DNA of 64,000 bases from Omnitrophica WOR_2 bacterium RIFOXYA2_FULL_38_17 (GCA_001805965.1 MHHG01000027.1:477-64476); one strand, 5' to 3'; numbered from the stretch's first letter, positions 53,250 to 61,988 are shown. The notes: generated from the sequence alone by a model not told the origin. Made by a program: numbers and translations.

Positions 53250-53598
53250 AAGGTTTGTGCCTGTATCGTAGAATTGCGTTTTGTTTGATTGTTTCGTGCA
53301 TTGTGGCGCTTATTAATTTATGCAGACAACCTCACTCGGTCATCCTAGGCAAATTAAGCAATTTCCACCGGGAAGCAGTGAGGCGCTGAGAGCGTATAGC
53401 CAGGAAATCTTCTAAAAAAATACAGCCCTTGAGAATATGAACACTTTTTTAAAGGGGATTTTTTTCAATTATAACTTGAGATTTGCGTATAAGTTGTGTT
53501 GTGTTTTATGCGACCGCTTAGAGCCAAGGGGATGATTTTTAATTACAAATCAATCCAAACAAGAAAACTTGTTTTAAAGAAAGTAAGAGATCTAAATT

Positions 53599-55251
53599 AT
53601 GGATATTAAAAGTATTTTTGAAAAAATAAAGTTTGTCGCGCTAGGGGTCGTTTGTGTATCCGTAGCAATTATTTTTGCCTCATCGTTGGCGCAGGCCAAT
53701 GCCCTGGATGATATTTATAAAAATCTTGATACAACGAATGATAATGAGATTTTTATGGTTGTGGGAGAGTTGACGATAGCTAAGGTTACAAATATGACAA
53801 GGCTTTCAATTACAAATCCAGATATTGCTGATATTGTTGAAGCTGACGATAAAGAGATTCTTCTTATAGCAAAACAGCCTGGGCAAACAATACTTTTTGT
53901 CTGGGATGATGCGGGAAAAAGAATGGTTTTTGTTAATGTTCAAGCCGCAGATATGGGAATGCTTGATATGGCCATCCAAAGAATAGATACTCTTTTAAAA
54001 AAGGGAAGAATTGAAGGGATAAAGTTAGAGCCTAATAAAAGAGAAGGCAAGATATTTGTGACAGGTGATCTTGCAGAAGAAAATGAAGAGATGCTTGATA
54101 AGATCTTGGATGGATATGCGGATATTATTGTGAATCTTATAAGGAAAGAAGAGATTCAAGACCTTATTCAAGTAGACATGCAAATGACAGAATTAAACAC
54201 CACTCTTACAAAGAGCTTGGGCATAGATTGGTCTGCTGGAACGAGTGGCGTATCCTTGACATATCCTGAAGAGTTGCCGGAAATGGATGGTACGATAGGT
54301 GACTTTTTTAAGATTGGAGATTTTAGCAGAACATCAATGTTAACAGCAACAGTTAAAGCTTTGTTAGAAAAAGGAGAAGCCAGGGTTCTTTCTCGACCAA
54401 AAGTAGTAGTTATAAGCGGGGAAGAGGCAAGTTTCTTGGTTGGGGGGGAAATCCCTATTAAGACAACAACTTCTTCTGCTGAAGGGACCCAAGAAAATGT
54501 TTCCTTTAAAGAATATGGTATTGGATTAACGATAACGCCGACAATAAAAAAAGAAAAAATAGATATTCAGCTAAATGTTGAGATCAGTGATGTTGCTTCT
54601 GGAACAGGAAACGAAACGTCTTTTTTTACAGAGACAACAACAACGCGAGTTCTTTTAAACAATAAACAAACGATGGTTCTTGCTGGTCTAATCAAAGAGA
54701 ACAGAGGTTCTAGCGTGCGAATGGTTCCTTTTTTTGGGCAAATACCCGTAGTTGGGATGCTTTTTAGGTCTAAAGGAACTAATCCATCAGAGACTGATAA
54801 AGAGCTGGTTATTTCAATGACTCCTACTATTTTAGAGAGAAATCGCAACAATATAGAAGAGGTAAAAGAGGAAAAGGTTGAAGAATATAGAACGACGGCC
54901 ATATATAAACAAAAAGTTTCTTCATCCTCTTCAGTTCCCTACTATTTGGGAATACCAAAAAACATGACTGAGTATGTAAGAAATGTTCAGAAGCAAATTT
55001 CAAAAGCGATTCTTTATCCTCCCGAGGCAAAAAGATATGGGTGGGAAGGAACAGTTAGGATGAATTTGCTGATACTAAAAGATGGAACTCTTGCATATGC
55101 TTTAATTCAAGAATCATCAGGGCATGAGATTATGGATGAAAGTGCTCTAAGGGCGGCAAAAAGACTTGCGCCGTACTCAGGGTTTCCTTCAGATGTAGAC
55201 CTGCAGGAATTGAATATTACTGTTCCAATTGTTTACAGCTTTAAGAAATAA
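53599..55251 (+). CDS. cpaC: Tad/Flp secretin CpaC/RcpA fused to a C-terminal TonB_C domain
   Basis: A signal peptide, BON/N-domain-like region and secretin core (VLSRPKVVVISGEEASFLVGGEIPI...) are present. The last ~100 aa match TonB_C (YPPEAKRYGWEGTVRMNLLILKDGTL...ESSGHEIMDESALRAAKRLAPYSGFP). Confidence 0.8.
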   Translation: MDIKSIFEKIKFVALGVVCVSVAIIFASSLAQANALDDIYKNLDTTNDNEIFMVVGELTIAKVTNMTRLSITNPDIADIVEADDKEILLIAKQPGQTILFVWDDAGKRMVFVNVQAADMGMLDMAIQRIDTLLKKGRIEGIKLEPNKREGKIFVTGDLAEENEEMLDKILDGYADIIVNLIRKEEIQDLIQVDMQMTELNTTLTKSLGIDWSAGTSGVSLTYPEELPEMDGTIGDFFKIGDFSRTSMLTATVKALLEKGEARVLSRPKVVVISGEEASFLVGGEIPIKTTTSSAEGTQENVSFKEYGIGLTITPTIKKEKIDIQLNVEISDVASGTGNETSFFTETTTTRVLLNNKQTMVLAGLIKENRGSSVRMVPFFGQIPVVGMLFRSKGTNPSETDKELVISMTPTILERNRNNIEEVKEEKVEEYRTTAIYKQKVSSSSSVPYYLGIPKNMTEYVRNVQKQISKAILYPPEAKRYGWEGTVRMNLLILKDGTLAYALIQESSGHEIMDESALRAAKRLAPYSGFPSDVDLQELNITVPIVYSFKK

Positions 55252-55307
55252 ATGACACGCCTGTTTAATGTTTGTAACAAAAGAAAAATTGTTGCAGCGG
55301 AGTAATA

Positions 55308-57632
55308 ATGAGTGCAAAAATAATAACTATTTTTAGTAACAAAGGTGGCGTTGGCAAAACGTTTGTTTCTGTTAATATGGCTACGGCCTTGGCCCTTGCA
55401 AAGTATAAAGTTCTTTTGATCGATATGGATTTTCAGGCTGGTCAGGATATGGCAAGAACCATGAACCTGTCTCCAAAGAACTCGATTGTTGATGTTCTGC
55501 AGCAAATAGAAGCAGTTACAGACCATGTCGTTATTAGAAGGTTTTCTGCGCGACATACTTGTGGATTGGACTTTATGGCGGCAGTTAAGAATACCCGTCA
55601 AATAAGTTTAATTACGCCAGACAATATAAAACCATATCTTAGAAAAATCTCAGAAGTATATGACTTTATTCTTATCGACGCAGGAAAAGCTTTCCATGAA
55701 CCACTTATTACAGTGTTCGATTATTCCAACCTTATTTTATTAGTGGCAACTCCGGATATTTTGGCTGTTTATCAAATAAAGTGGTGCCTTGATGTTCTTC
55801 AGAGCCTGCAGTTTCCAATGAAAATGATCAAGCTGCTTTTGAACAGGTCTGAGAGCCGTGGAAGCGTTGCCTGGCAGGAAGTTAAATCTGCACTTACTTG
55901 TGAGATTTTTGGACATGTGCCTTCCGATGGCAAGGCAGTGGGCATTGCTCTTAACAGGGGAATCCCCTGTGTTATAGATAATCCAAAGAGTCATGTTGGA
56001 GAAGCTTTTATCAAGCTAGTTGATGCTTTCCGAAAGGAAAGCAATTTTGTTCCTGCAATGGATGTTGAAAAGATAAGGAGCAAAGAAGAGCTGCCTAAGC
56101 CAGGAGAATTTTGGGCTAAATATGGCATTGCTCAGCAAATGGGTACGGCGCCTTCAGGAAAAGCTTACGCTTCGCAGGAAGATGAAATAAGTATTTTAAA
56201 AAGAAAAATTCATCTAAAGTTGGTTGACAGGCTTAACAAAGAAGGCATTTCTCTAGAGGCTTTAAGCGATCCTGAATCTATACATAAGGTTAAAAAAATG
56301 GCTGAAGGAGTAGTTGGTACTTTGCTTACAGAAGAAGCTGGTGGCAAGATATCTTCACATGAAGAGAGGGTCCGTTTAGTCAGAGATATTGTCAACGAAG
56401 CTTTAGGCTTAGGACCATTAGAAGATCTTTTAGCTGATCCGGATATAACGGATATTATGGTCAATTGTAGAGACGAGATTTATGTTGAAAAGAGCGGAAA
56501 ACTTGTTCTTACTGATTATAGTTTTGTTTCGGAGGACAAGATGAGGGCTATTATTGACAGGATTATTGCTCCTTTAGGTAGAAGAATAGATGAATCCACG
56601 CCGATGGTTGATGCGCGTTTGCCTGATGGCTCAAGAATTAATGCTATCATTCCGCCGCTTTCTCTGCGTGGGCCAATGATAACTATCAGAAAGTTTGGGG
56701 CTGAAAGACTTAATACTTTTGATTTGCTAAATAAATATCATAGCGTGACCAAAGAGATGGTTTTGTTTTTGAATTGTGCTGTTATTGGCCGCAAAAATAT
56801 TATTGTTTCAGGGGGAACAGGTGCGGGTAAAACAACATTGTTAAACGTTGTCTCTGAGTTTATTCCTGATAATGAAAGAATTATAACTATTGAGGACGCG
56901 GCTGAGTTGCGATTAAAAAAAAGCCATTGCGGAAGACTGGAGTCTAGGCCCAGAAACATTGAAGGTAAGGGCGAGGTTACCATTAGAGATTTATTTATTA
57001 ATTGCCTGAGAATGAGGCCTGACCGTATAGTTATCGGTGAGTGCCGTGGCCCTGAAGTTTTAGACATGTTGCAGGCTATGAACACGGGCCATGATGGATC
57101 TTTGACCACATTGCACGCAAATACAACTAGAGACGTTGTTACTCGTATGCACTCAATGATCCTTTTAAGCGGCATTGAATTGCCTGTCAGGGCTATTAAT
57201 GAAATGATCGCTTCAGCTATCGATATTATTGTTCAGATCAATCGTTTTTCAGATGGAACTCGAAAGGTCACACAAATTTCTGAAACTTGTGGCATGGACG
57301 AAGATCACCAGCTGATATTGAAAGATGTTTTTATTTATAATCAAAAAGGGATTGATTTGGATGGGCGTGTCGTTGGAGACTATGAAGCAACAGGCTATGT
57401 TCCGGAAAGCTTCAATGACTTTGTAACGCGAGGGCTGAAAATTGAAAAGAGCCTTTTTGATAAACGTACTATTTATGTTAATACTGATGAAAAAATAGAG
57501 GTTCCTGAAGTCGAGATATTAGCCCCTGAGGAAGTAAAAAAACTAGTTGTTGGACAATCTAAAACAGTGCAACCTAATGCTCAGCCTAAACAGGCTCAGC
57601 CGCCTACTCTGCCGCCAAAGCCGGCGGAGTAG
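55308..57632 (+). CDS. Fused Tad ATPases: CpaE/TadZ-like ParA-family ATPase + CpaF/TadA secretion ATPase
   Basis: The N-terminus starts with a deviant Walker A (FSNKGGVGKTFVS, ParA/MinD type). The middle region carries the CpaF N-domain (GLGPLEDLLADPDITDIMVNCRDEIYVE). The C-terminal half is a VirB11/TadA-type ATPase with Walker A GGTGAGKTTLLN, Asp/His boxes, and a Pro/Gln-rich tail. Confidence 0.85.
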   Translation: MSAKIITIFSNKGGVGKTFVSVNMATALALAKYKVLLIDMDFQAGQDMARTMNLSPKNSIVDVLQQIEAVTDHVVIRRFSARHTCGLDFMAAVKNTRQISLITPDNIKPYLRKISEVYDFILIDAGKAFHEPLITVFDYSNLILLVATPDILAVYQIKWCLDVLQSLQFPMKMIKLLLNRSESRGSVAWQEVKSALTCEIFGHVPSDGKAVGIALNRGIPCVIDNPKSHVGEAFIKLVDAFRKESNFVPAMDVEKIRSKEELPKPGEFWAKYGIAQQMGTAPSGKAYASQEDEISILKRKIHLKLVDRLNKEGISLEALSDPESIHKVKKMAEGVVGTLLTEEAGGKISSHEERVRLVRDIVNEALGLGPLEDLLADPDITDIMVNCRDEIYVEKSGKLVLTDYSFVSEDKMRAIIDRIIAPLGRRIDESTPMVDARLPDGSRINAIIPPLSLRGPMITIRKFGAERLNTFDLLNKYHSVTKEMVLFLNCAVIGRKNIIVSGGTGAGKTTLLNVVSEFIPDNERIITIEDAAELRLKKSHCGRLESRPRNIEGKGEVTIRDLFINCLRMRPDRIVIGECRGPEVLDMLQAMNTGHDGSLTTLHANTTRDVVTRMHSMILLSGIELPVRAINEMIASAIDIIVQINRFSDGTRKVTQISETCGMDEDHQLILKDVFIYNQKGIDLDGRVVGDYEATGYVPESFNDFVTRGLKIEKSLFDKRTIYVNTDEKIEVPEVEILAPEEVKKLVVGQSKTVQPNAQPKQAQPPTLPPKPAE

Positions 57633-57650
57633 CTATAATCCTTTCAAGTA

Positions 57651-57995
57651 TTGAGAATACTCAATAAAACAAAACAGAACACAATAGCAGATAAGGCCCT
57701 TCTTGCAGATAATTTTTTAACTAGAATGGTTGGGCTCCTTGATCGAAAGTCTTTGAAAGAAGGAGAAGCTCTGGTTATTACCAGGTGTAATTCTATTCAT
57801 ATGTTTTTTATGAAATTTGCCATTGATGCTGTTTTTGTTAGCAAAGAGAACATAGTTGTTGGTCTAGTTCAAGATATCAAGCCATTTCAGCTCAGCCGCA
57901 TTTATTTTAAGTCTAGCTATGTTGTAGAGCTGCCATCCAGCACAATATTTAGATTAGGAATTGCTATTGGCGATCAATTAGCAATCTTAAGCTAA
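57651..57995 (+). CDS. DUF192-family protein
   Basis: 114 aa. The DUF192/COG1430 pattern matches ...RMVGLLDRKSL.EGEALVI..CNSIHMFFMKFAIDAVFV...VVELPSSTIFRLGIAIGD. Confidence 0.55.
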   Translation: MRILNKTKQNTIADKALLADNFLTRMVGLLDRKSLKEGEALVITRCNSIHMFFMKFAIDAVFVSKENIVVGLVQDIKPFQLSRIYFKSSYVVELPSSTIFRLGIAIGDQLAILS

Positions 57996-58025
57996 TCAAT
58001 GTCCAAAAAAAACACAATCTTTTAA

Positions 58026-58051
58026 CTAAAGCTTTTTTATTGTGATATACT
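58026..58051 (+). promoter_or_regulatory. Promoter element of the 674-aa gene, shared with the flp array (CTAAAGCTT...TATTGTGATATACT, extended -10 TGnTATACT)
   Basis: Near-identical to 60295-60318 upstream of the flp array. Both end in TGATATACT, an extended -10. Confidence 0.5.
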
Positions 58052-58143
58052 GAAAATGCATTAATGTCCAATGTGCGTAAAACAATAGATTTCTATTAGA
58101 TTGGACATTGTTGAGTTGTTTAACTATTGCAAAGGGATAAAGT

Positions 58144-60168
58144 ATGGGAGTAGTCCACAAATTGAGAAAGGAAGTTTTTGACTTTATTATCAACCAGAAG
58201 AAGGAAGATCCCTCTCTTAGTTGTCGACAAATATCAGATCTTATAAGCAGTAAGTTTGAAATTAAAGTATCAAAGTCTTCAGTTAACTCTGTTTTAAAAA
58301 GCACTCAGTTAAGCAGTTCAGTGGGAAGACGGGTCCTAAAAAAAGCGATGTCTAAAAAATTCCAAATTCCTCAACAAAAGAAACAACAATTACTAGAGAG
58401 CATTTCAACCCTTGGTTTTACCTTTGACCATAAGGCTACGGCTGAAGAGGATCCGCTGGGAGCGATCAAGGACAATGTCTTTGCAGAAAAGCAGCAGGAA
58501 GAAGGCTTTTCTCTAGAAAAACTTTCTCTGGAGCTTCAGGAGCATGATAGAAAAAAACGCAAGAGCAGGATTTTTTATGATGCAACAAACCAAGAAGTTG
58601 AAGATATAGCAGCGGCTCAAATGACACAAGGAGTACAGGGAGAAAATAAAGAAGCAAGCGCCAATAAAGAGAAGAAGGCATATATTGTTCCCGCTGGTCC
58701 GATATTCTTTGATGAGGAACAATTCCTTTATGATTTAAAAATTGCCAGAGAAGATAAAGAAAAAGAAAAAAATAATAGGCATTTGTATGATAATGCGGGA
58801 GTGGTTTTTTTAAAAGCTGCGCAGATTGATACAGATGGAGAAAATCTTTTGGGAGATCTGTTTAGAAAAAATTCAAAAGGTGTTGTTGTCGATAATTTTA
58901 ATAATATTTGTTCGGGCTTGCTGTTTCTTAAAGCATTTAATATTCAATCTGTAGAGAATATTGAAAAATCAAAGAATGATGCTTTATGGAGATTAAATGG
59001 CTTTAGAAAAGGGTATCCAGGAAGAGAAAATCTTTTTGGGTGGACGCAGAAGATTGATTTTTCAAATCAATTACAATTGGAATATCTTAATGAAAAAGAG
59101 CAGTCTTTAAGCAGTATAAAGGCTTTCAGGATCATCTTTGAGGATGCCACAAGCATTATCCTTGATGCCCAAATGAGGTCTATTTGGAGAGAGCCAGTAC
59201 AGCAAGATTTGTTTTCTTCTTTAAGTAGTGCAATGACGCTTCTTTCCAAAAAACTTATAAGCAATAATGAGTGTTTGGTGATGGATGTTTTAAGAGAAAA
59301 AGGCATCAATAGAACGGATTTTGCAAGAATTCTTGCTTCTTTTTTTGATATTATTGGCAGAAAAATGCGCAAAATTGAAGTATTAAGCGAAAAACAAGAA
59401 ATACTTGCTGAATTTACTCTTATTCCTTCAATTAAGCGCTTTTTTATTGTGGGATTTAGGCCTTATCAGGAGATTTTTAAAGAATATATTTGTAGTATTA
59501 CAGATACTGTTGAATTTCCCTATTATGACAGGCCAAGAGACAGAGTCTTATACTATTCGGAAGTAAATGTTCCATTGGTGGCTTTATTGAAGGATTTTGT
59601 AAGTATTCCTCAAATTCTTCAAGAAGAAAGGCCTTTAAAATGGGTGCTTTTAGGACAACAAAAGAAAAAAGCATCTCAAATAGCTCTTTTGACAAACATG
59701 ACTACAGAGAAAGCAGAAAGTATTATTTCAAAATACTTAACCCGTTGGCCAAGTGCATTTAATAAACAATATATAGAGGAAGGAGACAGAACAGACATTA
59801 ATAGAGAAGAGCTTAATAAAAATCAGAAAGAATATCAATGTTACGCTGGTGACTTTGTTGAAAAGGTGTTTGACAATTTTGGAGATATTTTTAACGATTA
59901 CATTTTAACCCTGCATAAGTATTGTTTAGATAAATATTTTCCAAAACAAAAAAGTGAAATTGACATAAAAACTATGGTGTCAATATTTTATGGATTGCAG
60001 GGTTTTGTAAGGGAAAGTTATGATCAATTAATTGTTACAATTTTGATACCTCAAGGGTACAATTTCCTTGATATCTTGGAATTTGCCATTAGTAGAGTAA
60101 ATGACAGACACTTAGTAACAAAGGATGGCAGAGGTATTTATGTAAGTGCTGAAAAAGTAAAAGCTTAG
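58144..60168 (+). CDS. Hypothetical 674-aa cytoplasmic protein (possible N-terminal HTH), embedded in the Tad locus
   Basis: A long ORF with a good SD (AAAGGGATAAAGTATG) and no TM or signal peptide. The first ~60 aa look HTH-like (SLSCRQISDLISSKFEIKVSKSSVNSVLKS). No recognisable catalytic motif. Confidence 0.6.
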   Translation: MGVVHKLRKEVFDFIINQKKEDPSLSCRQISDLISSKFEIKVSKSSVNSVLKSTQLSSSVGRRVLKKAMSKKFQIPQQKKQQLLESISTLGFTFDHKATAEEDPLGAIKDNVFAEKQQEEGFSLEKLSLELQEHDRKKRKSRIFYDATNQEVEDIAAAQMTQGVQGENKEASANKEKKAYIVPAGPIFFDEEQFLYDLKIAREDKEKEKNNRHLYDNAGVVFLKAAQIDTDGENLLGDLFRKNSKGVVVDNFNNICSGLLFLKAFNIQSVENIEKSKNDALWRLNGFRKGYPGRENLFGWTQKIDFSNQLQLEYLNEKEQSLSSIKAFRIIFEDATSIILDAQMRSIWREPVQQDLFSSLSSAMTLLSKKLISNNECLVMDVLREKGINRTDFARILASFFDIIGRKMRKIEVLSEKQEILAEFTLIPSIKRFFIVGFRPYQEIFKEYICSITDTVEFPYYDRPRDRVLYYSEVNVPLVALLKDFVSIPQILQEERPLKWVLLGQQKKKASQIALLTNMTTEKAESIISKYLTRWPSAFNKQYIEEGDRTDINREELNKNQKEYQCYAGDFVEKVFDNFGDIFNDYILTLHKYCLDKYFPKQKSEIDIKTMVSIFYGLQGFVRESYDQLIVTILIPQGYNFLDILEFAISRVNDRHLVTKDGRGIYVSAEKVKA

Positions 60169-60288
60169 GTTGTTTGACGGGAAAATAATAAAAAAGCTGT
60201 TGTCACTAGCTGTTTTTCGGTTTATATTTATTGTTAGTGAATTGGTTTTTTTACATTTATTAGTGTCTAAAAAAATAAACAGGTTCTA

Positions 60289-60318
60289 TTGACACTAAAG
60301 CTTGTATTATGATATACT
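60289..60318 (+). promoter_or_regulatory. Predicted sigma70-type promoter of the flp pilin array (TTGACA-n18-TGaTATACT)
   Basis: A -35 TTGACA at 60289-60294 and an extended -10 TG-a-TATACT at 60310-60318. It is followed by a ~270-nt leader before the first pilin ATG. Confidence 0.55.
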
Positions 60319-60590
60319 TTTGTTACATATTGGATAAACAGAATATTGTTTTGTAGTCTGTTCAATATTGATATAACGCTTTTTGACAGAATAGTTTCGA
60401 GTTAATACACCGTTTAGGTGTTTTATTCTTCTGCTTTTGGGATAGACCGGAGACACGGTGGTCAAAAGTAGAGGAGCCGAAAAGTTCGGCAATAGAGTCC
60501 CGGGAATTCGATTCAGTGTTTAGCAAGAATGGGGCAAAGTTTATCTGTTGCACATGTTAGGTAGTTGCGGTATGGCGAGGAACAAAAAAA

Positions 60591-60746
60591 ATGAAAAAAT
60601 GGAATCATAAAGGTCAAAATCTAATTGAATATGCCATGGTCGCAGCTTTAATTTCCGTAGCAGTTGTTGCTATGAGTACCTACGTGTATAGGTCAGTTCA
60701 GGCCACCCAGCAGGTAATACAAGAAGAATTCAAAGCATCACAATAA
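60591..60746 (+). CDS. flp: Flp-family type IVb prepilin (short, canonical; likely major pilin)
   Basis: 51 aa: MKKWNHKG|QNLIEYAMVAALISVAVVAMSTYVYRSVQ... It has the Flp G/XXXXEY processing motif and a single hydrophobic helix. It is under 60 aa, so not in the ORF track. Confidence 0.75.
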   Translation: MKKWNHKGQNLIEYAMVAALISVAVVAMSTYVYRSVQATQQVIQEEFKASQ

Positions 60747-60889
60747 TATTTACGCGAGAAAAGACGAACAGATAATAATTTCTGTGTCATTGCTTGCGTA
60801 AGGCTTAAAAATTAGTGTATTTTTAGGCTTAATTAAGCAAAAACCCTTGTTTAGTAACAGGGATTGTTATTATCGAAGGAGGATAAATA

Positions 60890-61120
60890 ATGCTTAAAAG
60901 GATGATTCATAAAACATCTGGCAAAATGAAAAGAGGCCAGAGCACAGTAGAGTACATTATTTTGATAGCTGCTGTTTTAGCCGCTCTCATTATTTTCTTA
61001 GGACCAGGAGGGCCATTCCAGACTGCATTTAACACAACAATCAACTCTGGTACAGATGGTATGGAAGACATGGCAGACAGATTAGCTGGTTCAAGACCTG
61101 CTGCTAACAGTACCCCTTAA
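60890..61120 (+). CDS. Flp-family prepilin paralog 2 (76 aa)
   Basis: MLKRMIHKTSGKMKRG|QSTVEYIILIAAVLAALIIF. A strong SD GAAGGAGG precedes it. Confidence 0.75.
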   Translation: MLKRMIHKTSGKMKRGQSTVEYIILIAAVLAALIIFLGPGGPFQTAFNTTINSGTDGMEDMADRLAGSRPAANSTP

Positions 61121-61179
61121 TCAGGAGAATAAGAAGGAATCCAGTTATTTGGAGAAGTTAAAATTAGGAGGTAAAATCA

Positions 61180-61542
61180 ATGCTTAGAAAATTGATTAAA
61201 AATAAAAAAGCGCAAAACACAGCCGAGTATGCAATTTTGATATCTCTGGTTGTTGCTGGTATTATTGCCATGCAGACTTATGCTCAAAGAGCATTGCAGG
61301 CAAGAGTTCGTGATGCCGCACAGCATCTTGCTACACAAACCAATGGTTTAGGCAACACAGTACAATATGAACCTTATTATTTATCAACTGATTATAACAT
61401 TATTCGGGATGAAACTATGACCGAAAGTTATGACTCAGATGCTATTTTGAAAGGTGAAAATTCTACTAGAACAAGGCAAGAGGGTGGTCGTCAGACAACT
61501 TCTTACGATACATCAGTTGCTGGTATTCAAAACGGTCTCTAA
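61180..61542 (+). CDS. Flp-like prepilin paralog 3 with extended C-terminal tail (120 aa)
   Basis: ...KKA|QNTAEYAILISLVVAGIIAMQTYAQRALQARVRDAAQ, with Ala at -1. The Ser/Thr/Tyr/Asp-rich tail contains YEPYY. SD is AGGAGG. Confidence 0.7.
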   Translation: MLRKLIKNKKAQNTAEYAILISLVVAGIIAMQTYAQRALQARVRDAAQHLATQTNGLGNTVQYEPYYLSTDYNIIRDETMTESYDSDAILKGENSTRTRQEGGRQTTSYDTSVAGIQNGL

Positions 61543-61612
61543 TAGTAGACCTGATTGGTTAGTAACATAAGAAGTGCTCTTTAGAAGAGGTAAAATTAAG
61601 GAGGCTAAAACA

Positions 61613-61942
61613 ATGTTTGAATATTTAAATAAAAGAAGAAAGAAAGGCCAGAGCACGCTAGAATATGCAATTTTGATTATCATTATCATAGGCGCTCTAG
61701 TCTCAATTCAGGTCTACATAAAGAGAGGTATTCAAGGTCGCTTAAAAGGTGCGGCTGATGATATCGGAGAACAATTTTCCCCTGGAAACACAAATGTGCA
61801 AAAAACAGTAAGAACTATAAGTTATACATCAGATACCAATATTGGTGGTGTTGTAACTTCAGCGTTACTTAACGACGAAGAAACAGTTACCCAAGGAACT
61901 TCAAGAATTGCTAATGTTGAGCAAGAATATTGGGGAAGTTAA
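61613..61942 (+). CDS. Flp-like prepilin paralog 4 with extended C-terminal tail (109 aa)
   Basis: The start is taken at ATG 61613 after SD AAGGAGG. MFEYLNKRRKKG|QSTLEYAILIIIIIGALVSIQVYIKRGIQGRLKGAADDIGEQF. Confidence 0.7.
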   Translation: MFEYLNKRRKKGQSTLEYAILIIIIIGALVSIQVYIKRGIQGRLKGAADDIGEQFSPGNTNVQKTVRTISYTSDTNIGGVVTSALLNDEETVTQGTSRIANVEQEYWGS

Positions 61943-61988
61943 TAAAAGCTGTTTTGTAAAACGTAAGTTCTTAGTGTGACAATCAGAT

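Noticed and set aside
53320-53400. c-di-GMP riboswitch call for the cpaB-cpaC spacer
   Set aside because: The GC-rich stem region lacks the conserved GEMM-I blocks (GGCAAACC / GACGCAAAGCC) that I can recognise by eye. It is kept only as an unclassified candidate structured RNA in the findings.
58144-60168. Transposase / mobile element interpretation of the 674-aa gene
   Set aside because: The N-terminal HTH-like region is suggestive. There is no recognisable DDE/DEDD catalytic signature. No terminal inverted repeats or target-site duplication flank the gene. The flanking AATGTCCAAT repeats are promoter-proximal and asymmetric. Left as hypothetical.
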